Below, one piece after another: positions 56,560 through 64,000 of a DNA stretch of 64,000 nucleotides. The stretch covers positions 62,001 through 126,000 of the forward strand of contig NMRA01000371.1 of the NCBI GenBank assembly GCA_002633005.1. Reading direction: 5' to 3'. Position 1 is the stretch's first letter. Each line of letters opens with the position of its first letter. Origin of the DNA: Phoronis australis (taxonomy: Eukaryota; Animalia; Phoronida). A program made the position numbers and the translations under genes. The notes beneath the pieces were generated by a model. That model had not been told where the DNA came from and ran no database searches. It was given only the letters and a program-made list of their open reading frames with translations.

Positions 56560-59030
56560 CAAACTATTTGCCAAAGCTCATGAAAATCTATTAAAGAACT
56601 CCAAAGACACAATTGCAAATGTAAAAAACTGCTACTAGGAACCACTGACAGCGTTAGTCGAATCCATCCATTCAATGTCAACAGGAAAACAATTATTGCA
56701 AAATTTCAAAAACATCTTGTAAGGGGTTTAGGTGATACAGCCATGAGGAGAAAAAATGTGACTAGGGGGCACCACAGTAGTTGACCCCTTTGAAAATCAA
56801 CGTCAGTCATGCTCTTGTCAGTAGAAACATGTCTGCCAATTTTCATAATGATCCTGTGCGCAATTTGGCAGAAACAGAAGCAGACAAAAAAACAGACCAA
56901 AAATAGTTAAAATGAACACTGGTTGATGCAGAATAAGTCAAATCTAACATAAAAAGGAAAGGTGCTGTTGTCTTCATAATTGAAACATGTTTAGCAAAGT
57001 TCATTAAAATAAATCAAAGAACTCTTGTAGAGAGGCAAATGTAACAAACAAGAGCGCTCGGAGGAGTGACACTTGGCAAAATTACATGAAAAAAGGACGA
57101 TGGGGAGGACAACGATGACGATAATGACGACTAGCGAGAAATGAAAAATATCTTATGAAAGCCCGTTTAAAACTCTATCAATCTGTACAGATTTCTGATC
57201 AGTTAATATACATGGCAAGAAAATCCCGGCACACACAACTATTTGCAAAAAACGCCAAATTTGACAATTTTCTCCCCGAAATAACCACTTCCCTGCAAGT
57301 GCTAGAAAAAGTATGACTACAGATTCAGAATGCTCGTCCTCGCTAGATTCTAACTTTGTGGTCATAGTAAGCCTCTTACCAGCTACTTTTTTGGCAAATT
57401 TGATCTGTCTGACAGCCACCTGAAATCGCACCCGCTTTCTCGGACAGCAGATGACAGGGGTTGATAGCAAATGACAGCCACCAGTTTGCATCAAAAGTAG
57501 GTAAAACTTGACTTTTCTCATTCAAAAACAAAAGTAAATAAGTTTCTTGGCAATTGCTGTCAACAATTTCCTCAAACCACCCGCCAAACCTGACACACGC
57601 CCTCAACATAAATTCTAGGGACTAGAAAATGCTCCGCGGCCGCGGCTTGACTGTTCAGTGCTACCTAAAGTATTGAGCGACAATAGGCAAAATTAACGAC
57701 GATGATTGTGATGATGAAGGTGGCGAAGATGAACAACATCATAACATTCATACGACGAACTTAGATGTCATAAATTAGTAAGAAATAAGCTACAGTCTTG
57801 TTCAAATAAACTAAACCAACATCAATGCAGTAAGAGCGCTCAACAAAGGAACAGCGCTATCAGAAAATCTCAAATAATTTAAAAAGTAGACGTCCTAGCG
57901 AAAAATAAAAAACTTCTGAAAGCCCGTTCCAAATTGATAGTTTCGCAACATTTCCATAAATTTTTCGAAAAAAATGAACTTGCGTTCTGTTGAAATTTGA
58001 AGTCAAATAACTTGAAAACGGTAAGTTTAAGAAAACCGTTATCGCAGAACGTTTGAAAGAGCATACTTCAAGGAATCCACATGCAAAAATTCACGTCATT
58101 TGCTCTTCCCCTTAAAAAGGCGACAGCAGAATGATTGAAAATGGGTGAAAAGGCGCCAGAGCCGCCATCTTGAAAGTGACTTCCGGTTAAACAAAATTTT
58201 ATGAAAGGTGATCAATAGCAACAAACCCGTCATCAGTTTGAAAGTGATTGATTCGCCAATGCGCCCTCTACAGGAGAAAACGTTTTTGGCCAGATATCGA
58301 GGTGCGCATGCGCCATTGTCAATATTCCCGCCATCTTTAAACGGAAGTCAACATTTTTCAGTAGAGTTGTAGCACATGTGTTCTACAATAATCGTACCAA
58401 GTTTCAGCTTTGTACATCAAAAAATGCCACCTCTATGAGCATTTGTATGTGAAATCGGAAACAAAATGGCAGCCACGTCCCCCATTTTGAATCCGATCAT
58501 GACCAAAAACAACAGGCTTCCAGGACTTTCCGATCTACACGTCGTGTGCAAATTTTGTGAGAATCGGGCGAAAATTGCGACCTGTAGAGTGCGAACAAAC
58601 AAAAAAAACTTGATGTCATACCAACATACTTGGCGGAATTCCCAGAATTCTACCAAGTAATAAAATTGCCACTAGGGAGCACAGCGATCTGAATTTTGCT
58701 GTCATCTGTTGCCAGCTCCATAGGAACACATCTGCTAAATTTCACAAAGATCTTGCAAAGCGTACAGGAGATACAGCCATAGACAAAAAAAATTGTAACT
58801 AGGAGGGCACAGCAGCAGTCGGATCCATTAAGATATTGCCATTGTCCATTGTCAACTTCAAATAAATAAACTTGCCAAATTTAATAAAGATCCTGCAAAG
58901 GGTTTGGGAGATACAGCCATAGACACAAAAACTGCCACTAGAAAGCACCACACTAGCCCGAGAAAGTCCAAAAATCATCATCAGCCATCCTCTTCACAGT
59001 AGAAACATAAATGCCAATTTTAGTGATAAT
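56560..59030 (+). mobile_element. Cluster of Helentron/HINE-like non-autonomous elements with ~130-bp internal repeats
   Basis: AACAAGAG start at ~57047; 3' hairpin cttggcggaattc-cca-gaattctaccaag at ~58629-58657 followed by an A-rich tract; repeated unit aaaa..g..actag...gatacagccat at ~56625, 56752, 58663, 58790 and 58928; (acag)n remnant at ~56873-56900. Confidence 0.5.
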
Positions 59031-59308
59031 ATTCAGTACTGGCATTGAACATCATCTAATTGACACTAATTCTCAAATATTGGTACTGAACCTTGATTCA
59101 CAGTGAACGACATTGTTCTTACAGCATAGTGGAATGTAACACACTTTCACCGGTGCCCCCTATGGCCCATCAACACTAAACCTTAATTTTTCACAATTAT
59201 TCATAGAGAACAACACCACACTTATAGTACAGAGGAATCCTAACATTTTCATTGGTGCCTCCTTTAATCCATACAGCACTTGCTCATTGTTGTTCACACT
59301 CCCTGTCA

Positions 59309-59572
59309 AACAGTGCTGTACTTACAGTGTAGTGGAATGTAACATGTTCCCCAGCATCCCCTAACAGTGCTGTACTTACAGTGCAGTGGAATGTAACATG
59401 TTCCCCAGCATCCCCTAACAGTGCTGTACTTACAGTGCAGAGGAATTTAACATGTTCCCTAGCACTCCCTTTAGTGTTACTAACACTTGATTATTGTTGT
59501 TCAAACCCATTCACACCCAACAATGTTTTACTTACAGTGTAGTGGAATGTAACATGTTCCCCAGCACCCCTA
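59309..59572. repeat. 54-bp minisatellite (3 tandem units plus a spaced partial copy)
   Basis: aacagtgctgtacttacagtg(t/c)agtggaatgtaacatgttccccagcatcccct at 59309, 59363 and 59417; partial copy at ~59529; more decayed copies to the left. Confidence 0.9.
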
Positions 59573-59709
59573 GTGTCCACCTGAGTATGTCTATTCAGCT
59601 GTGCCACCTGGTGCTTGATTCCCTCCATAATCTGCGAGTCTACATAATCCGTAGTTTTTACTGGAAAACACAAAGCTGTTAAAAGTAGGCCACAAAATCA
59701 AAACATGAA

Positions 59710-59729
59710 TACACACACACACACACACA
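59710..59729. repeat. (CA)n microsatellite
   Basis: About 9 AC units. Confidence 0.9.
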
Positions 59730-61257
59730 AGCAAAGTCAGCTTCGGAAATGCTATTGATCTGTACACACAAACAAGATACTTGACTTGTACTGCATGGCA
59801 CTTTCAAGATATACTAAAAACTTTCCGTAATTCAGGAAAATCATTTTAATTTGGAATAGTTAAACCTGACAGAAACTGAAAAGATGAAATGTGAAAGAAA
59901 TTTTCCCAGTGAACTCATTTTCACATTTTTAACAATTAATGATCATCAAATGGTCTTGTTAGTTTCAAAGTTACAAACCCAATTTTTCAGAAACCAACAA
60001 AGTCCAACATTGAATTATTACATTACCACAATTGATGGGGACAAATCATTACTCTCAGATTTATATGCTTAGAGGAAAACCACATAGTGTGCTATGTGAC
60101 TTCCTTTGTTTCATCGTCACCCTCTATTAGTCTCTAGTATCAACACTTTGAGGATATTCTTGGTGATATCATCCTGTCAGTTAATAGGAATGTACACATA
60201 TTCATAACTGAGGAAGAAACATGGTGAAAATATGCTTGGGTGGCTAAAAATTTATATCTACTGAGAACTGATACACAACTGGTCTCAAATTATCTCTTAC
60301 TCAAAGATAGAAGGGACTTCTGAACTTGGGAGATGCTACTGGTTCGTAATGACAGAGTGAAGGCTTATTAAGTTGCCTTGCCATTATTTTATGCGTTGAA
60401 ATCAATATGGCTGCCCAAATAGACTGGTTCTGATACCAAACATTAGATGGACTTCCAGTCGCAATTCTTTCATCACACAAAATGAAATGACTTACTGAGC
60501 ACATAGTAGGCTGTCACCAGCAAGAATAAACTTTGTTTAAGTATGAATTAGGCAAGCTAGTCTAAATGAAGGAATTTACAGTTCACGGCCAAATGTGATA
60601 CAATACTGGTTGTACCCATAGATATAGACAGAGATTGGCTATCGTGTGACTTTGTATACGTATAGCAGGGTGGCGATGTTGTTGTGTGGAACCGAACGTC
60701 ATGGACCATACTAGTCGGTAGTCATTAGGTTTTGTACACTTTCTGGTGATTTCACTTTGAGATATTTTGAATGAAGAAGAAAATCCTCTCAAGTCCTTAA
60801 TTTAAGTACCCTGCTACTAATGCTCAGCGTATTTTTGTTTTATTTGTTTCTATTATATTGTCAGTATTTTGCATTAAATATATAACGGTCCCTTATCTGC
60901 CTACGGCCACGCTGGTTTGTTTACAGTCAGCTTGCATATTAACTACTGCTGCAGTTCGTTTTTCATGAAACTTTAAGTCTAAAAACACGTAAGCAATTAT
61001 CCTAATGGTATCAAACAGTTGATAAATGTTTTTAACCTATTGATTCACTCATGCAAAATTCAATGAGAAATAATCATTTGAAAGGCGCCAGAAGACTTGT
61101 ATCAAATAATGAACTGAGGTGTTGATCAACAAAACAATACGTTGACTGTGGTTGATGAACATGATTACATATTTAAGTCATCGGAATGACACTTTGACAA
61201 GACCACAGTTCTTAAGCATTTCAGTGACTTTTCAATAAAAATAAAAGCACTATAATA

Positions 61258-61705
61258 CCCCGTTTACACTGAAGACTTGAAAGCAAATTAAAATCTGCTT
61301 CACATTCAAATCGATTTAGGAAGCGTATGTCAACGCTAATGTTTTAGCTGAAATTGATTCAACTAGAACCCACTCGAGGAGGTGGCTTCGAATCAACTTA
61401 ACCTAAACACGAATCAACTGAACATAAACCTGACTCTTATCTTGTAAAATATGTGAACGCACAATCGACCAGGTTTGACTCGGACTGGGGAAGTTACATA
61501 TTGTCGCGAAATCTTAGCCCTACTTTCTATCACTTCCATATCCCCAAGGGATGAACTGAAGAACAAAAAATAAAAACTAGGAAATAAATACTGAAAATAC
61601 AACTCAAATACCCGTCATTGATAAAATAAAGCTCTTGATAGAAGGTGAGAAGTGCGGAAGCAGTTGAGCATTTAAACTGATTCCATCTTTGTAGTGTAAA
61701 TGGGA
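61258..61705. mobile_element. PIF/Harbinger-like MITE
   Basis: Ends cccgtttacact / agtgtaaatggg, with the internal ccactcgaggaggtgg palindrome-like motif. Confidence 0.55.
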
Positions 61706-62595
61706 AGAGGAATTGACTTCAGGCTATGCAGGCCTTTGTCAACAGTCTATAGACTTAAACTCAAGAAAAAGACGTTTTCTGAAAGCAGCACACCTGTAGA
61801 ACTTGGTTTTTGACTTTTAAGTAAAAAACTGCTGTGGAATGAGTCATGTGACCATGTTAATTATTTGTAAAATTAAGTAAAAACAGGAAGGTATTATCAT
61901 AGCAAAACAATAGTGTCTATACTATTATTCAAATTTCGTTTGACATAAATCTTGAAGACGAAATCTCAATTAATAACGCTGCAACAGTTTTCTAAAATAT
62001 TTTGTTTTTGTTTAATGCAACTTTTACGTTTTTTTCGTAAAAAGCATAAAGGTCCATTTTTGATAGCTCTTCGTGCATGTATTTTGAATTTAAATTGCCT
62101 CATTGGGCAACTCGGAACCAGCAACTTTAAATACACTGGGAGAAAATGAAGTCTTTGAACTTTTAAACTCTCATATCTTGCAGGAGACTGAGAAAAAAAG
62201 ACGTGCTGCATGCAGTACTTTAATCCCTTTTGTTTTATGACAGTTTAACACTTCATCTTATCAAATGACAAGCAAAGATTCATGTCCTAATCCCACAGAT
62301 ATCTAATTACTAATAGGCTACCAATCACCCCATTCTCTGAATTTATAATAATCTATGTTGTATGACAATAGGATAAGCAGAAGGTGTACTGGTAATGTTA
62401 TTACACTGCTTTCTACACAGCAGCAATCTTTGTAATACTTGACTTGGTTGTAGTGAAAGTGACTGGTGAATAAACAGGAACATGGAGCGAACCTACCAAA
62501 TCAATATACTCTAACCGTCACAATGTTACAAAAAGATCAAATAACATGACTTCACCTTGATTAACACAACGATTAACATTTTGACATTCCAAATA

Positions 62596-63514
62596 CCGTA
62601 TTCGCCCTAATAAGCGCCACGGGCGCTTAGAAAAATTCGTTTCGGGGCGGTGCTTATTGTAGCCCAAGGCGGTTGAAACCTGGTCTCTGAAACAGGTGAA
62701 ATCTTAAGATTTATCAAATGTATGCTCTGTGACGTATCTGTAAGCTATGACAGACTTTCTACAACATTGTGTAGTCACTACTTACACTTTGGTGGCGCTA
62801 CAAAAAATGATTGTTGTGCATTGTTGTTTAGGACCAACACCTCGTTCTCAAGCGTAGTGGTGAATTTGTGCAAGTGAATTGCTATCAAACTCTGTCGTTA
62901 GATTGTGTTCATTTTACAGAAAATTGTTAAAAACCCAGGGCAAAAACTTGCGGACTGATGCGTCACTGCCTTGCAATCGTCTATATGGCAACTTGAATGC
63001 TTAAATAAAAATAGTTTCAACTCAACACACTACCTGAAATCCTCCTTAACTTTTCCAAACAGCGTCCCTAAGATTTTTTAAGTTCCTGTGGACTCGGGAT
63101 TAGAAGCAGGTTAAGTCCAAATCTGCGCTAGATCGTGCCATCTATGATCGTACCCCGCAACACGAGAAAATCTCCAGACGAACACACATGTTGTCACATA
63201 ACATTTGTTTTGAAGTTCATCTGCGTGTGTGAGTAAACAAGCGCGTGCATGTCACCAGAGTTCATTTGCCAGAGTAAACGCAATGTAACGAGCTAGATGT
63301 GCATTGTATCTAAAGAAATTAGCACAAGCAGTAAAGCAGAACGTGTTTTATTTAGCACTTGTCGGTCTCATCTGCTAAAAACCGCTTGACAATTGTCTCG
63401 GTAAGGCTGATATTAAATTCACTGAGTCACCGGGTGACTGGATTTGTACGTGATAGTCTGACAGTTATTTTCCATAAGTTTTGGGTGAAAGGGTGCGTAA
63501 GCATTCACTGTGAG
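62596..63514. mobile_element. Left end of a Tc1/mariner (pogo-like) non-autonomous element
   Basis: TA|CCGTATTCGCCCTAATAAGCGCC..GGCGCTTA..GGTGCTTATT terminal pattern. The right TIR is not in the window, so the extent is uncertain. Confidence 0.5.
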
Positions 63515-64000
63515 CAGGGCTCGACGCAATTAAAATCGCCAGGTCGCATTTTGCGACCTAGCCAGAATCCCAGGTTGCATTTCCAAAATCCAGCTCGCAT
63601 TCATAAATGCCAGGTCGCAAAATTTTCCCCGCCATTTTTACGCGCCAAAATTGATTTTAGATCATCGAGAAAATATTTAGACTATGCTCTTTCCTGCCGC
63701 GTTAAATACTCACAAATTTCAGATCCCAAAACTGACTTCGTTCATGCAGATGCAGCGTTACTGTTCTTCACGACCGCCATTGAAAGTCTCTGGAGCGCGA
63801 GTCAAGTTCCCGACGTGAAAGTTGAATTAGTGCTCTCTAACTGACACGTGCATTCGGGTAGCTAAGTTTGTGATTTGAAAAGGGAGAAAATGCCCGTTGA
63901 AAAAGTATCCGGGATTTTGCTAGGTCTGACCTGCTACTGGCTGTCATCAAAGTCGTTAAAGATTCAAACTAACTCCGAGGGCAAATTCCCTCCGCTTTTT
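63515..64000. mobile_element. Left end of a hAT/P-like DNA transposon, running off the window
   Basis: CAGGGCTCGAC start, repeated ccaggtcgca/tgcgacc subterminal motifs and a CpG-rich interior. Confidence 0.5.

Noticed and set aside
49362-59572. Regular repeats as possible CRISPR arrays
   Set aside because: Units are head-to-tail with no unique spacers, the context is eukaryotic, and there are no cas genes.
63359-63844. 161-aa plus-strand ORF
   Set aside because: Non-ATG start, spans a transposon terminus and subterminal repeats, and has no transposase motifs.
1-64000. tRNA, rRNA or snRNA genes
   Set aside because: No cloverleaf with A/B boxes or rRNA-like sequence was recognised by eye; a tRNAscan-SE/Infernal run would be needed to exclude them.

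Overview
AT-rich, intron-rich animal (invertebrate-type) genomic DNA with no prokaryotic features and two single-N assembly joins (18589, 49564). Three spliced host genes can be reconstructed by hand. (1) The 5' part of a minus-strand Gfo/Idh/MocA oxidoreductase (myo-inositol 2-dehydrogenase-like) runs off the left edge. (2) A complete ~21-exon plus-strand gene (19723-43366, ~947 aa) encodes an unrecognised coiled-coil / acidic / split C2-like / RGG protein; it has two candidate first exons, candidate microexons and a duplicated splice acceptor. (3) The last exons of a convergent minus-strand gene end in a chromo-like module, with a candidate 6-nt microexon. A structurally complete BEL/Pao LTR retrotransposon occupies 8016-13891 (237-bp LTRs about 98% identical, ATATC TSD, PBS, PPT, one intact gag-pol ORF). 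It abuts a decayed CR1/L2 LINE inside the probable first intron of gene 1. Introns carry many MITEs and DNA-transposon remnants, long palindromes and minisatellites. The 1.57-kb 'tandem duplication' at 48-51 kb is most likely two haplotypes joined at a gap. All gene models are manual and unverified by expression data or database searches.
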